DNA of 64,000 nucleotides from Selaginella moellendorffii. Taxonomy: Eukaryota > Plantae > Lycopodiophyta. The first letter of the stretch is position 1. Each line of letters begins with the position of its first letter. The notes beneath the pieces are model-generated. The model saw nothing but the letters and a program-made list of their open reading frames with translations. It ran no database searches and had not been told where the DNA came from. Below, in pieces: positions 63,602-64,000 of this stretch. The stretch is taken from NCBI RefSeq assembly GCF_000143415.4, contig NW_003314417.1, positions 89,219 to 153,218 of the forward strand, in the 5' to 3' direction. A program made the translations under genes and the position numbers.

Positions 63602-64000
63602 AAATGTATAGTAGATATAGTGGGTAGGTTGGGCGTGGGTGACCAACCTGAGGCATAGTTTAGCTCTTGTTTGTGTGTCTATCCTTGTTCTACATGCTAG
63701 TTGGTGGAATACTTATATCCTAATGTTATACCATTAATATGCTGAAATAGTGCTAGACTTTATTTGGCTCTATTTTGCATGTTGGTCTTAGCATTGGGAT
63801 ATTAAAAGCTCTAAGAGTATTTCAACATCACTCTGTGCTTTTGTCCCTTCGCTCTTTGGGTTGAATGCTCAAAAGTCACTCCGTGCTTTAATTCCTTTGC
63901 TCCTTGGCTGCAAATTTGGGAGTATGGCTCTATTCCTTCATTTAGTGGCCCAAAGTCCTAAAATTTAGATTTTTCTCAATTGTCCTTGGATATATGGCAT
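63602..64000 (+). mobile_element. LTR family Y fragment, opposite orientation to 26514-26948, running off the window
   Basis: Its reverse complement aligns colinearly with 26520-26948. Confidence 0.7.

Overview
Eukaryotic plant DNA that is rich in repeats and has four N-gaps (4258-4485, 8917-9035, 35466-36299, 59041-59140). Introns of about 50-70 nt, an ALDH21-like fragment and a kinesin-9 gene suggest a seed-free plant with flagellated sperm, most plausibly the lycophyte Selaginella; this is an inference. (1) 1-23.3 kb appears to be a head-to-tail train of non-autonomous Helitron-like units. Each ends in a CCCAGC-nnn-GCTGGG hairpin plus CTAG (at 833, 4000, 12854 and 22432; the hairpin at 4000 is partly deleted). 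The units carry intron-containing gene fragments: an 8-copy 354-355 bp tandem array of the last two exons of an SDR gene, and ALDH21-like, Kelch, lipase-3/P-loop and HAD fragments. (2) 23.3-53.6 kb is a nested pile of Ty3/Gypsy elements, solo LTRs and TRIMs that can largely be reconstructed from 5-bp TSDs. It includes a Cassandra-type TRIM with a 5S rRNA domain in its LTRs. (3) 53.7-56.5 kb holds an apparently intact KIF6/KIF9-like kinesin gene, the only convincing functional gene. (4) 56.5-64 kb contains gene and TE debris, a RAD6/UBC2 pseudogene fragment, more Helitron-type AT-rich DNA and a 393-bp TRIM. All alignments were done by eye and protein family calls are from recalled motifs, not database searches.
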